64,000 nt of DNA, taken from the NCBI GenBank assembly GCA_017646745.1, contig JAGCLY010000033.1, positions 274 through 64,273 on the forward strand. Reading direction: 5' to 3'. The translations under genes and the position numbers were made by a program. The notes under the pieces are model-generated. The model made no database searches and had not been told where the DNA came from. It worked only from the letters and a program-made list of their open reading frames with translations. Origin of the DNA: Clostridia bacterium. Its GTDB lineage: Bacteria; Bacillota; Clostridia; Oscillospirales; CAG-272. Of the stretch, positions 1-9,574 are shown one piece after another; position 1 is the first letter of the stretch, and every line of letters begins with the position of its first letter.

Positions 1-579
1 GTTGAGGATGTAACAAAGGTAACCGTTTACTCCAACCTTCCTGAGGTAGAGCTCTTTGTTAACGGCAAGTCCATTGGCAAGAAGAGCGCACCCGACCACT
101 TCTTCTACTTCGACGTTCCCAACGTTGGCACCTCCAACCTTAAGGCTGTTGCAGGTGAATACTCCGATGAGAGCACTATCAACAAGGTTGACACTTTCAA
201 CGAGGCATATCGCCTTGTAGAGAAGGGTGCAATTCTCAACTGGTTCGATATTGACGCTCCCGAAGGACGCTACTGTCTTAACGATACCCTTAAGGACATT
301 ATGAGCTGCTTCAGAGGTAAGCTCTGGTTCGCAAAGCTCGGTCTCTCTCTTAAGAAAAAGATGGATGCAAACAAGAAGGGTAAGAGCGAAAAGAAGGAAG
401 GCGGCTTTGATATTGATATGAGCGCAGGCGGCGGTCTTATGCAGATGATGGGTGGCTTTACCGTTCTCAGACTTACCTCTATGGTAGGTATGGCTAACAT
501 CTCCTTCACCAAGGAGGAGCTCCTTAAGCTCAACAAGCAGCTCAACAAGATCAGAAAACCCAAGAACTTGAAAAAATAA
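1..579 (+). CDS. Glycoside hydrolase family 2-like protein, C-terminal fragment (5' end outside window)
   Basis: Frame 1 is open from base 1 to TAA at 577-579; the listed ORF 301..579 is its in-frame tail. The translation VEDVTKVTVYSNLPEVELFVNGKSIGKK...FYFDVPNVG resembles the C-terminal beta-sandwich region of GH2 beta-galactosidase/glucuronidase-type enzymes. It lies directly upstream of uxuA. Confidence 0.55.
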   Translation, partial: VEDVTKVTVYSNLPEVELFVNGKSIGKKSAPDHFFYFDVPNVGTSNLKAVAGEYSDESTINKVDTFNEAYRLVEKGAILNWFDIDAPEGRYCLNDTLKDIMSCFRGKLWFAKLGLSLKKKMDANKKGKSEKKEGGFDIDMSAGGGLMQMMGGFTVLRLTSMVGMANISFTKEELLKLNKQLNKIRKPKNLKK

Positions 580-623
580 TAAAATAACAAATTATTTACA
601 CCTATGAGAAAGGAGTCAATACT

Positions 624-1700
624 ATGCAAATGACATTCCGTTGGTACGGCGAAGGTAACGACCGTATCAAGCTCTCTGACATCAAGCAGATTCCCGGTGT
701 TGAAGGTATCGTATGGGCGCTTCACAGCAAGATGCCCGGCGAGATCTGGCAGGAAGAAGAAATCGCTACCGTAATGGACCAGCTCCATGCATACGGCTTC
801 AACGGTGACGTTGTTGAATCGGTAAACGTTCACGACGACATCAAGATTGGCCTTCCCTCTCGTGACCAGTACATCGAGAACTACAAGCAGACCATCCGCA
901 ACCTCTCTAAGTTCGGAGTAAAGGTAATCTGCTACAACTTCATGCCCATCTTCGACTGGACAAGAAGTAATCTCTTCCATGAGGTAGGCGACGGTTCTAC
1001 CGCCCTCTTCTATGAGAAGGGTATGATCCAGGATGACTACAATGCAATGGCTAAGTACATCCTTGATTTCACCGAAAAGTACAACATGTCCTTCCCCGGC
1101 TGGGAGCCTGAGAGAATGGCGAAGCTCGACGAGCTGTTCAAGGCATACGCAGACGTTGACCACGAGAAGCTTTGGGGCAACCTTAAGTACTTCCTCGAGG
1201 CAATTATGCCCACCTGCCGTGAGTGCGACATCAAGATGGCTATCCATATGGACGATCCGCCCTGGGATATCTTCGGTCTTCCCCGTCTGCTCGTAGACGG
1301 CCCCAGCATCGACAGATTCCTGTCTATGGTTGACGATGAATACAACTGCCTTACCCTCTGCTCCGGTAGCCTTAACGCGAATCCCGAGAACAGAGTTGCT
1401 GACATTGTAAGAAAGCACTGCGACAGAATCGCATTTGCTCACATCAGAAACGTAAAGCACTTTGAGAACGGTGACTTCTCCGAGGCCAGCCACAGAGACT
1501 GTGACGGCGACACCGGTATTCTTGACATTCTCAAGGCATACCACGACTGTGGCTACAAAGGCTATATCCGCCCCGACCACGGCAGACATCTCTGGGACGA
1601 GGGTCCCGGAAACGTGCGTCCCGGCTACGGTCTTTACGACCGTGCGCTCGGCATTATGTATATGCTCGGCGTATGGGATATGCTCGACAAGCTTAACTAA
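624..1700 (+). CDS. uxuA: Mannonate dehydratase
   Basis: 358 aa starting MQMTFRWYGEGNDRIKLSDIKQIPGVEGIV, with ...MAIHMDDPPW and ...IRPDHGR, typical of UxuA. An AAGGAG RBS sits 8 nt upstream. Confidence 0.9.
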   Translation: MQMTFRWYGEGNDRIKLSDIKQIPGVEGIVWALHSKMPGEIWQEEEIATVMDQLHAYGFNGDVVESVNVHDDIKIGLPSRDQYIENYKQTIRNLSKFGVKVICYNFMPIFDWTRSNLFHEVGDGSTALFYEKGMIQDDYNAMAKYILDFTEKYNMSFPGWEPERMAKLDELFKAYADVDHEKLWGNLKYFLEAIMPTCRECDIKMAIHMDDPPWDIFGLPRLLVDGPSIDRFLSMVDDEYNCLTLCSGSLNANPENRVADIVRKHCDRIAFAHIRNVKHFENGDFSEASHRDCDGDTGILDILKAYHDCGYKGYIRPDHGRHLWDEGPGNVRPGYGLYDRALGIMYMLGVWDMLDKLN

Positions 1701-1721
1701 TATTTTTGGAGGCAACGAATA

Positions 1722-2567
1722 ATGATTAATCTTCCCCTTAACGTAGATTTTTCCGGTAAGGTTGTAGTTGTTACTGGTGCAGGCGGCGTTCTTTGCGGCG
1801 ATATGGCTCGTGCATACGCACAGGCAGGTGCAAAGGTTGCTGCTCTCGACCTTAACGAGGATGCAGTAAAGAAGCTTGCAGAGGAGCTTACCGCAGAGGG
1901 CTTTACCTGCATAGGCTACAAGGCAAACGTTCTTGATCCCGTAGCTCTTGAGGAGGTTCACCAGGCAGTTCTCAAGGATCTCGGTCCCTGTGATATTCTT
2001 ATCAACGGTGCAGGCGGTAACAATCCCCGAGCTACCACAGATAACGAGTATCAACACGAGGCTAAGGAGGGTGGCAAGTCCTTCTTCGACCTTGATCCTA
2101 ACGGTGTTGACTTCGTATTCAAGCTCAACTTCCAGGGTACTCTCCTTCCCACCCAGACCTTTGCAAAGGATATGGTAGAGCGTAAGTGCGGTAACATCCT
2201 TAACATTTCCTCTATGAACGCTTACATTCCTCTTACCAAGATTCCTGCATACTCTGCAGCAAAGGCCGGTATTTCCAACTTCACCCAGTGGCTTGCAACT
2301 CACTTTGCAGGCACCGGCATCCGTTGCAATGCTATCGCTCCCGGTTTCCTTGTTTCCAACCAGAACCGTGCGCTTCTCTTCAACGAGGACGGCACTCCCA
2401 CCGCTCGCTCTGCTAAGATCCTTAACGGCACTCCTATGGGCCGCTTTGTTGATTCCGAGGAGCTTCTCGGCGGTCTGTTCTTCCTCACCGATGACAAGTC
2501 CGCTTCTGCTATCACCGGCGTAGTGCTTCCCATCGACTGCGGCTTTGCTGCATACTCGGGTGTATAA
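1722..2567 (+). CDS. SDR-family oxidoreductase (probable D-mannonate/fructuronate oxidoreductase)
   Basis: 281 aa with the Rossmann motif VTGAGGVLCG and the catalytic YSAAK (YxxxK). It is adjacent to uxuA. Confidence 0.8.
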   Translation: MINLPLNVDFSGKVVVVTGAGGVLCGDMARAYAQAGAKVAALDLNEDAVKKLAEELTAEGFTCIGYKANVLDPVALEEVHQAVLKDLGPCDILINGAGGNNPRATTDNEYQHEAKEGGKSFFDLDPNGVDFVFKLNFQGTLLPTQTFAKDMVERKCGNILNISSMNAYIPLTKIPAYSAAKAGISNFTQWLATHFAGTGIRCNAIAPGFLVSNQNRALLFNEDGTPTARSAKILNGTPMGRFVDSEELLGGLFFLTDDKSASAITGVVLPIDCGFAAYSGV

Positions 2568-2587
2568 TTAATAGAGTTTTAAAAAAA

Positions 2588-2611
2588 GGAACGGCAATGC
2601 CGTTCCTTTTT
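2588..2611 (+). terminator. Rho-independent terminator after the SDR gene
   Basis: The stem ggaacggc/gccgttcc has a 4-nt loop and is followed by TTTTT. Confidence 0.75.
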
Positions 2612-2673
2612 CATTGACAATTTTCTCGCTGTGTGGTAAAATATCCTTATACTAATATAAAGGAAGCATTATT

Positions 2674-3333
2674 ATGAAAAACAAGCTTTTGAGCGGCCTT
2701 CTCGGCTTTTTCATCGCAATACTTATAATTACATTCTCTATCGGTCTGCCTATTTACTTCAGACCCTTCTATTACATGCAGATCGACTACCTTGAAATAG
2801 AGGAATATTCGGGCGCAGACCGTGACACCATTCTTGAGGCATACAACGAGCTGCTTGACTACCTTACCGTTCCCGGAAATGAATTTGGCACAGGAGATTT
2901 CCCCTATAGCGAGAACGGCAAATCCCATTTTGTCGACTGTAAGGTGCTGTTCGACCTGAACGCATGGGCATTTATAATTTCTCTCGCAGGCTTCGTCACG
3001 CTGATTATATTAAATAAGAAGGGGATTTTCGAGCTTTGGCGTCCCTTCGGAATGAATATAGCCTTTTGCTCGGGCGCGTATACTCTCGGCGGCTTTGCCG
3101 TAATAGGCGGTCTTGTAGCAATAGATTTTGATAAGGCGTTTACTGTTTTCCATAAACTATTCTTCCCCGGCAAGGACAACTGGCTTTTCAGCTGGTATGA
3201 CGACGCAGTAATCCGTATACTTCCCGAGGCCTTCTTTATGAACTGCGCTATCCTTATATTCACATCTATAGTAGCCCTCTGCCTCGGCTGTATTGCATAC
3301 GGCATTATCGGCAAGCTCAAGAAAAAGGCCTGA
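2674..3333 (+). CDS. TIGR01906-like integral membrane protein
   Basis: 219 aa with an N-terminal TM and three C-terminal TM segments. The stretch FRPFYYMQIDYLEIEEYSG...ILEAYNELLDYL is reminiscent of the TIGR01906 family. Confidence 0.65.
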   Translation: MKNKLLSGLLGFFIAILIITFSIGLPIYFRPFYYMQIDYLEIEEYSGADRDTILEAYNELLDYLTVPGNEFGTGDFPYSENGKSHFVDCKVLFDLNAWAFIISLAGFVTLIILNKKGIFELWRPFGMNIAFCSGAYTLGGFAVIGGLVAIDFDKAFTVFHKLFFPGKDNWLFSWYDDAVIRILPEAFFMNCAILIFTSIVALCLGCIAYGIIGKLKKKA

Positions 3334-3473
3334 TCTCTGTGTTTGACATCAAGCTTTATTAAATAAACTGTTAACTTTCGTCAAAGTGATTGTAAACAAC
3401 TATCTATTAAGGTTGACTAACATCTTATAGTGGTGTATAATTAGATCACACAACACCAAAGCAGGAGTATCCT

Positions 3474-3896
3474 ATGAGAAATTATAACCGACGCCCCTCG
3501 CTTAGAGAGCGTATTGCCATGTTTATGGCGGACAGATACGGTTTTGACAGGCTGTACTATTTTCTTCTGGCTATATGCTTTATTCTTATTGTAATCAATC
3601 TTTTCTTTAATTTATACGTACTGTCTATTCTAGAGGTTGTTATATTTATTTACGCTTTTTCACGCGTAATGTCAAGAAATATTTACAAAAGGCAGCAAGA
3701 AAACGAGAAATTTATCAGATTTATCGAAAAGCCTAAAAAACTGATAAATCTTCAAAAGTGCAAAAGAAGGGATCGCAAGACCCACGTATACAAAAAATGC
3801 CCCTCCTGTAAAAACAATCTTCGCCTACCGAGAGAAAAGGGTGAGCATACAGTTGTATGCCCCTGTTGTAAGCATCGTTTTAACGTAAAAATTTAG
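3474..3896 (+). CDS. Membrane protein with C-terminal zinc ribbon (hypothetical)
   Basis: 140 aa with two TM helices followed by CPSC...x17...CPCC. An AGGAG RBS is present. Confidence 0.6.
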   Translation: MRNYNRRPSLRERIAMFMADRYGFDRLYYFLLAICFILIVINLFFNLYVLSILEVVIFIYAFSRVMSRNIYKRQQENEKFIRFIEKPKKLINLQKCKRRDRKTHVYKKCPSCKNNLRLPREKGEHTVVCPCCKHRFNVKI

Positions 3897-3910
3897 TTCA
3901 AAAAGAAAAA

Positions 3911-3938
3911 GTGCCATCCGAATCGGATGGCACTTTTT
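3911..3938. terminator. Bidirectional terminator between convergent genes
   Basis: The stem gtgccatccg/cggatggcac has a 3-nt loop, with an A-run upstream and a T-run downstream. Confidence 0.8.
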
Positions 3939-3943
3939 GAATA

Positions 3944-4369
3944 TTATATAATACCGATAGATTTCAAAATAAAGTATGCCGCCACAGCAAAACCGATGCC
4001 AAGAACAGCAAAAAGAGCTGCACGTATCTTTCTCCAGATAGAATAACTGCGAGCCTTGCGCTCATAGCGAGAAACGGGATCACGCTTTTGGTTTACGCTC
4101 TTGGTAAAGCGGTTGATCCACTTTACGTCCTCCTTGTCGATCTCACTTATATCGGCAAAGGCGTTTTCCTCGTGCGCCATAGCGTTTCTGAGATTTCTAT
4201 ACTTAATAAGCTTAGGAAGAACCTCGCTTCTTTCGGGAGCAAATCTAAGCTCAACAAGCCTTCCTATATAGGCGGAAACGCCGCTTTTCTGTGTGTCGAG
4301 CTTTTCAGAACAAGCCTTGTCCAGCTCTATATATGCCTTGAAAAAGGACATATTGATTCTATTTCCCAC
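3944..4369 (-). CDS. Hypothetical protein with C-terminal TM anchor
   Basis: 141 aa with a soluble helical N-terminal part and one C-terminal TM (AALFAVLGIGFAVAAYFIL). A GGAGGAG RBS lies upstream. I recognise no functional motif. Confidence 0.55.
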   Translation of the reverse strand: MGNRINMSFFKAYIELDKACSEKLDTQKSGVSAYIGRLVELRFAPERSEVLPKLIKYRNLRNAMAHEENAFADISEIDKEDVKWINRFTKSVNQKRDPVSRYERKARSYSIWRKIRAALFAVLGIGFAVAAYFILKSIGII

Positions 4370-4583
4370 GGGCGATCTCCTCCTTTTGTATTTTGGGTAC
4401 GGATAAGCATATCTTTAACCATAGATATTGTACACTATTTTCTCACATTTTTCAAGTCTATTTCTTAAAAATTATTAAAAATTATTAACTTTTTCGTCAT
4501 TTTTACCCTAAAACATCAAAAAAGTGTGGCTTTTTCACAATGAAATGGGAATCAAGGCAATTTTTTACCCGGTTTTAAGACAG

Positions 4584-4640
4584 AAAAACGGTCGACAAGC
4601 ATTATGTCTTCAGAGGGCACAGTGCTGATCGACCGTTTTT
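4584..4640 (-). terminator. Long hairpin / probable terminator downstream of the GDPD gene
   Basis: aaaaacggtcga ... tcgaccgttttt forms a 9-12 bp stem around a ~33-nt partly paired loop, flanked by A/T runs. Confidence 0.4.
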
Positions 4641-4643
4641 TAG

Positions 4644-5444
4644 TTAGGGTATATAATTCTCAAAGATAATTCCGTCAAACCCATTTTTGCGAGCGATCTG
4701 CTCCTCCTCTGCCGAGCGAACAGTCCAGGCAATGGTAGGCGTACCGAAAAATCTGCGAACGAAGCGAAGGCCAAAGGCCTTTGCATGATTATGCTCGTAG
4801 GCGATAAAGGCGGGACGGCAAATAAAATTGAGAAGTAATGACTGAAGAAGGAAAAACAAAGGCTTTCTAAACTTCTTCTGCTCAAAATAGCGGTGAGAAA
4901 GAATGCCGCGCGATACGTCGGGAAGATTTTGCTTTACCACATTCAGCGACATGGGATTAAAGGACTCGACAATAAAGTCGCCTGTATAATTTTTCAACAT
5001 CTCACAGGTAGCCCTAGAAACCGAGGAATCGCCGGCGTTCTCCTTAATCTCAACAAGCAGGGGAATCTTTCCGTCAACAAGCTTAAGCACATCCGAGAAA
5101 AGAGGAATACCGTCCTCGGTACCGCAGAGCTTAAAGCCGGAGAGCTCCTCTGCAGTAAAATCAATAACCTTTCCCTCTCTGCCGCACACACGGTCAAGGG
5201 TATCGTCATGGAATACTACAAGCTGACCGTCGCACGAAAGACGAACGTCAAGCTCAATGCCGTATCCCGCATCTACAGCAGCACGAAAGGCGGACATAGA
5301 ATTTTCTGCCCTCTCGTTGTTATGCAGACCTCTGTGAGCATACATAACAGTCTTAAATTTTTCCATATCCTTCCTGTTTTTGGGAGCTATCATAAACAGA
5401 TAGAGCAAAATCAGAAGGACTACCACGATTGGTATGGCTATCAT
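4644..5444 (-). CDS. Glycerophosphodiester phosphodiesterase family protein (membrane anchored)
   Basis: 266 aa with an N-terminal TM, then HRGLH...ENS...ELDVRLSCDGQLVVFHDDTLDR, which are GDPD signature elements. Confidence 0.85.
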   Translation of the reverse strand: MIAIPIVVVLLILLYLFMIAPKNRKDMEKFKTVMYAHRGLHNNERAENSMSAFRAAVDAGYGIELDVRLSCDGQLVVFHDDTLDRVCGREGKVIDFTAEELSGFKLCGTEDGIPLFSDVLKLVDGKIPLLVEIKENAGDSSVSRATCEMLKNYTGDFIVESFNPMSLNVVKQNLPDVSRGILSHRYFEQKKFRKPLFFLLQSLLLNFICRPAFIAYEHNHAKAFGLRFVRRFFGTPTIAWTVRSAEEEQIARKNGFDGIIFENYIP

Positions 5445-5472
5445 ATAAATTCTCTTTTCAAATCAAAATAAA

Positions 5473-7077
5473 TTAATCGTCTGCGCCGCCAAGAGCCTCG
5501 AGAGCATTAACCTTCTCAGCCTTTGCATCGCCGTGCTTAACAAAGAACATAGTTACAAAGGATGCCGCTACAAACAGAGTACCGAATGCGAAGAATACCG
5601 TTCTCATACCGTTACCGCCGGTAATAACGTCAAATGCATCGTAAAGCACACCAGAAAGAATGGGTGCAACAATCTGCGCAGCCATAGAAGCGGTGTAATA
5701 ATATCCGGTATACTTACCAACCTCGCCACCCTTAGCAAGCTCAACAACCATGGGGAAGGAGTTTACGTTAATGGTAGCCCAACCGATACCTGCAAGGATG
5801 AATACAGGATACATAACAAGCTCGGGTGTATCAAAGCTTATGAAATTACCGATAAAGAACGCCGATGCAAGCAGTGTAATACCGGCAAGAATAGTCCTTC
5901 TTCTACCGATCTTAGATGCAATAATACCTACGGGAATATAAGCTACGACTGCAGCCGCTTGAGCAATAATAAGAGTAAAGTTAAAGTCGAAGAAGAGTAC
6001 GTTGGTAGCATAAACAGAATACTTACTTGTAATAGAGTTATATCCGATGTACCAGAGCGCAACAGATGCCAAGATAAGAAGAAGTGACTTCATCTCTGCC
6101 TTACTGAGCGATCTCTTATTTGTAGTAACTACTTCTTCTGCAGGAGCTTCCTCAAGTCCAAGGGCCTTAGTCTGATCCTCCATTTCCTCTGCCCACTTTT
6201 TCTCTCTTACAGTAGTAAGGAATATGATAAGACCGGTAATCATAATAGCACATACAGCCACAACGTAGCCGGTATACTGCATATATTTATTACCAGAGGT
6301 CTTGAATACCATACCAAGTACAAGAACGAGAATACCGCCGGCAGTACCCATAAGGTTGATTATAGCGTTACCCTTAGAGCGGAGGGGCTTAATTGTTACG
6401 TCGGGCATAAGAGCAACTGCAGGAGAGCGGAAGGTAGCCATGGAAATAAGAGTAATAAGAAGAATGCCGATAAAGCCTATGAGAGGCCAAAGGTTGCCAA
6501 GAGTTATCTTAAGAGTTTCCTCTCTAATAGCATCAATAGTAAGGTTGATCTGAGCGATAGACTGCTGTGCAGCCTCAACAGCAGCAGCGTTTCCTGCCTT
6601 GCCGGCTTCCTTAAGTGTAGCATTTGCTACTTTAAGAAGATCTGCAGCGGTCTGATATTTCTCTGCAATACCCGCATCAAGCACAGCGGAAAGCTGATAT
6701 GAATCAATAAGGGTAAGCGAAATAAATGCCAATACAGCAGCTATTGTACCCACAAAAATAAAGGGAGTACGCTTACCGAATCTTGTCATTATCTTATCCG
6801 ACAGCGCGCCGAATACAGGAAGCATAAATACAGCAAGAATGTTATCCACCGACATTACAACGCCGGATATGGACTGAGGGAGACCGTAATGATTGGTCAG
6901 AATAAGCGGAACTATTGCATCGTATGCCTGCCAGAAAGCGCTGATCAGGAAGAACGCAAAGCCCACAAGTATCGTTCTCTTGTAGTTCAGTTTCATTGTT
7001 TTTTTCATTCTCCGCCTTATTTTGTCCGCATAAGCGGCAAGCGCAGCGGCGGTTGTGCGCCTTTTATATTTTAACAT
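5473..7077 (-). CDS. MFS transporter (SLC45/GPH-like)
   Basis: 534 aa with about 12 predicted TM segments and ...LSDKIMTRFGKRTPFI. The true start may be the downstream Met at 7008 (MKKTMKLNYKR). Confidence 0.8.
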   Translation of the reverse strand: MLKYKRRTTAAALAAYADKIRRRMKKTMKLNYKRTILVGFAFFLISAFWQAYDAIVPLILTNHYGLPQSISGVVMSVDNILAVFMLPVFGALSDKIMTRFGKRTPFIFVGTIAAVLAFISLTLIDSYQLSAVLDAGIAEKYQTAADLLKVANATLKEAGKAGNAAAVEAAQQSIAQINLTIDAIREETLKITLGNLWPLIGFIGILLITLISMATFRSPAVALMPDVTIKPLRSKGNAIINLMGTAGGILVLVLGMVFKTSGNKYMQYTGYVVAVCAIMITGLIIFLTTVREKKWAEEMEDQTKALGLEEAPAEEVVTTNKRSLSKAEMKSLLLILASVALWYIGYNSITSKYSVYATNVLFFDFNFTLIIAQAAAVVAYIPVGIIASKIGRRRTILAGITLLASAFFIGNFISFDTPELVMYPVFILAGIGWATINVNSFPMVVELAKGGEVGKYTGYYYTASMAAQIVAPILSGVLYDAFDVITGGNGMRTVFFAFGTLFVAASFVTMFFVKHGDAKAEKVNALEALGGADD

Positions 7078-7171
7078 ATTATCTATTATTTGTCAAATAA
7101 ATATATAGTAAAAGGAATAAAAAAATAAAAATAAAGCCCTCCTGGCATTTTTCGTCTACCCAAGAGAGCTT

Positions 7172-7684
7172 TTAGAGATATTTTTTTATTCTTTCTACCA
7201 AATTTCCGGCGGCAAGACCGATAACCACACCGGCAATAGTGCCCGAAACGATAAGCGGAATAATATACAGAGCGATAGCTGCAGTTTCCATCACTATACA
7301 AGCGGCAATTATCTGACCTGCATTATGGCACACACCACCCGCAACGCTGACGCCGATAGAAGAAAAGCTGTCAATCTTCTTAAGTAAAATCATTGCAGTA
7401 AGAGCGAGAGCTGCACCGGATAAACTGTATATAAGGCTAACAAAATTGCCAAACAGAAGAGCAGATAAAAGCACTCTGACAACCGAAACGCATATTGCGT
7501 AAGGCCAACCAAGTGTATAAAGGGCGAAAACGGTCGCAATATTGGAAAGGCCGATCTTAACACCCGGAACGGCAACAAATGCAGGAATAAGCGACTCAAT
7601 GTAGGAGAGTATCATAGCCACTGCAATGAGCGCCGACAGGGTGACCATCTGTCTTGTGGTGAGCTTAAATGGCTTCTTTGTCAT
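7172..7684 (-). CDS. Gx transporter family protein (PF07456 'heptaprenyl diphosphate synthase component I'-like membrane protein)
   Basis: 170 aa with five TM segments. YIESLIP...PGVKIGLSNI...GGVCHNAGQ is typical of this family. It has an ATGA overlap with the upstream gene. Confidence 0.7.
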   Translation of the reverse strand: MTKKPFKLTTRQMVTLSALIAVAMILSYIESLIPAFVAVPGVKIGLSNIATVFALYTLGWPYAICVSVVRVLLSALLFGNFVSLIYSLSGAALALTAMILLKKIDSFSSIGVSVAGGVCHNAGQIIAACIVMETAAIALYIIPLIVSGTIAGVVIGLAAGNLVERIKKYL

Positions 7685-8055
7685 GACAGAATTTCCTCCC
7701 CCTCGCCAACTATTTCAACAATGACCTTGTTGGGCAGACAGGTTATGGACTGACCGACGTAGGAGATTTTCCCCTTCTCCACGCAATCCTGGAAACCCGG
7801 ACAGTTAGCCTCCTTCATATAAGCATATCCGTCCTCGATAACCAGAACGTTAGTGCCGTCGTTAAGGTAATAGGTGCCGTCCACATTCAGAGAATACTCA
7901 GCAACCTTCTTGCCGTCAACCGATACGACTACCCTTGAGCCGTCCTCTCTAAGCAGAAAAGCAACAAGCAATGCAACAAGACCAACAAATAAAGCTGCAG
8001 CGATAAGGATGATATCCGATCTCAGCTTTTTGTTTTCAAGAATCTTTTTAAGCAT
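7681..8055 (-). CDS. NusG domain II-containing protein
   Basis: 124 aa with an N-terminal TM followed by ...VVSVDGKKVAEYSL...ANCPGFQDCVEKGKIS..GQSITCLPNKV, the pattern of stand-alone NusG_II proteins. Confidence 0.7.
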   Translation of the reverse strand: MLKKILENKKLRSDIILIAAALFVGLVALLVAFLLREDGSRVVVSVDGKKVAEYSLNVDGTYYLNDGTNVLVIEDGYAYMKEANCPGFQDCVEKGKISYVGQSITCLPNKVIVEIVGEGEEILS

Positions 8056-8084
8056 TTTTTATCTCCTTTCTGTTTTAAAGTATA

Positions 8085-8116
8085 TTCGGGGCGAGGGATA
8101 TACCGCAGGCCCCGAA
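8085..8116 (-). terminator. GC-rich hairpin between rnfB and the NusG_II gene (weak terminator/attenuator)
   Basis: The stem ttcggggc/gccccgaa (8 bp) has a 16-nt loop. On the minus strand only a poor U-tract (tatacttt) follows. Confidence 0.35.
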
Positions 8117-8142
8117 CATCTAATGTCACTTAATACAAAATA

Positions 8143-8955
8143 TTAAAGATGAGTTCCGCAAACAAGGTTCTCAAGGTGGATACACTTAACGGGACATACG
8201 TCATGACAAGCACCGCAGCCGGTACACTTATCATAATCGATAACCGCAAGGTTATTCTCAACCTTGATAGCCCCCTCGGGACAGGTCTTCTGACACTTCA
8301 TACAGCCGATACAGCCGTCGGGACAGAACTTACGAACAACAGCGCCCTTATCGTGGCTGGAGCACTTAACAAGAACTCTGGTTGTATCGTTAACAAGGTG
8401 AATGATGCTGTTGGGACAAGCCTTTTCGCAAAGGCCGCAGCCGATACACTTAGCAGGATCGATCTGTGCGATGCCCTTGTCGGGATCAATTACGATAGCA
8501 TCCTTAGGACATACCGCAACACAGTCACCGTAGCCAAGACAAGCATAGGTACATTCACGGTCGCCGGCATAGCTGGTCTTAGACGCTACACAGGTCTTAA
8601 TACCGTCGTAAACATACTTTCTCTGCTCGGGCTTACAGGAGCCGTTACAAGCAACGTACGCAACCTTAGCGGCAACGTCGCCGGCAGCAAGGCCCATAAT
8701 GTCTGCAAGCTGTGCAGCAACATCTGCTCCACCGGGAGTACAAAGGCTGGGGTTATCAGTCTGACCCTCACCGAGAGCCTTTGCATAACCGTCACAACCC
8801 GAATAACCACATGCGCCGCAGTTGGCGCCGGGAAGGCAATCACGAACCGCAACAACCTTCTCATTTTCCTTAACCGCAAAGAAGGTTGCGGAAAGTGTAA
8901 GAAGAATTGCGCAGGCAAGCGCTATAATAGCAAGTACAATTAATGCTGTTACCAT
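8143..8955 (-). CDS. rnfB: Rnf electron transport complex subunit B
   Basis: 270 aa with an N-terminal TM, CGACGYSGCDGYA, and several ferredoxin-type CxxCxxCxxxCP motifs. Confidence 0.9.
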   Translation of the reverse strand: MVTALIVLAIIALACAILLTLSATFFAVKENEKVVAVRDCLPGANCGACGYSGCDGYAKALGEGQTDNPSLCTPGGADVAAQLADIMGLAAGDVAAKVAYVACNGSCKPEQRKYVYDGIKTCVASKTSYAGDRECTYACLGYGDCVAVCPKDAIVIDPDKGIAQIDPAKCIGCGLCEKACPNSIIHLVNDTTRVLVKCSSHDKGAVVRKFCPDGCIGCMKCQKTCPEGAIKVENNLAVIDYDKCTGCGACHDVCPVKCIHLENLVCGTHL

Positions 8956-8970
8956 TTTATACCTCCTTAA

Positions 8971-9573
8971 TTACATGCCAAGCAGGCCGTCGATAACGCC
9001 CGCAAAGCCATAGAATGCAAGAGATACGATAGAAGCGGCAACTAAGGTAACAGGGAGACCCTTCATAGCCTTAGGTGCGGGAGAGTTCTCAATTCTGGAA
9101 CGAACGCCGGCAAAGAGCACCATCGCAAGAAGGAAGCCGATACCAACGCCGAGAGAGGAGAACATAGCGTCTACGAAATTATTAACGTAGTCGTAAGAAA
9201 GGTTGTCTATCGCAATACCGAGAACCGCACAGTTGGTAGTGATAAGAGGAAGGTATACACCCAGCGACTTATAAAGTGCAGGGATAAACTTCTTCAGCAC
9301 GATCTCAACGAACTGAACGAGAGCCGCGATAACGAGAATGAATACGATGGTCTGAAGATATTCAAGATCAAACTGTTCAAGAACAAGCTTCTGAATAGGC
9401 CAGGTAACTGCAGTAGCGCAAAGCATTACGAAGATAACCGCAGCGCCCATGCCGGCAGCCTGGTCAAACTTTTTAGAAACACCGAGGAAGGGACAAATAC
9501 CGGTTGTCTGCTGAAGAACATAGTTGTTCGCAAATACACCGACAAGAATAATATAAACTAATTCCTTTAACAT
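8971..9573 (-). CDS. rnfA: Rnf electron transport complex subunit A
   Basis: 200 aa polytopic protein with ...FANNYVLQQTTGICPFLGVS..., typical of RnfA/NqrE. Confidence 0.92.
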   Translation of the reverse strand: MLKELVYIILVGVFANNYVLQQTTGICPFLGVSKKFDQAAGMGAAVIFVMLCATAVTWPIQKLVLEQFDLEYLQTIVFILVIAALVQFVEIVLKKFIPALYKSLGVYLPLITTNCAVLGIAIDNLSYDYVNNFVDAMFSSLGVGIGFLLAMVLFAGVRSRIENSPAPKAMKGLPVTLVAASIVSLAFYGFAGVIDGLLGM

Positions 9574-9574
9574 T

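Noticed and set aside
270-2303. 677-aa minus-strand ORF spanning the GH2 tail, uxuA and the SDR gene
   Set aside because: It lies antisense to three well-supported genes and crosses their intergenic regions. Its translation is low-complexity (Leu/Val/Ser/Cys rich) with no motifs. It exists because the sense genes almost never use TTA, CTA or TCA codons, so the codon-aligned antisense frame lacks stops.
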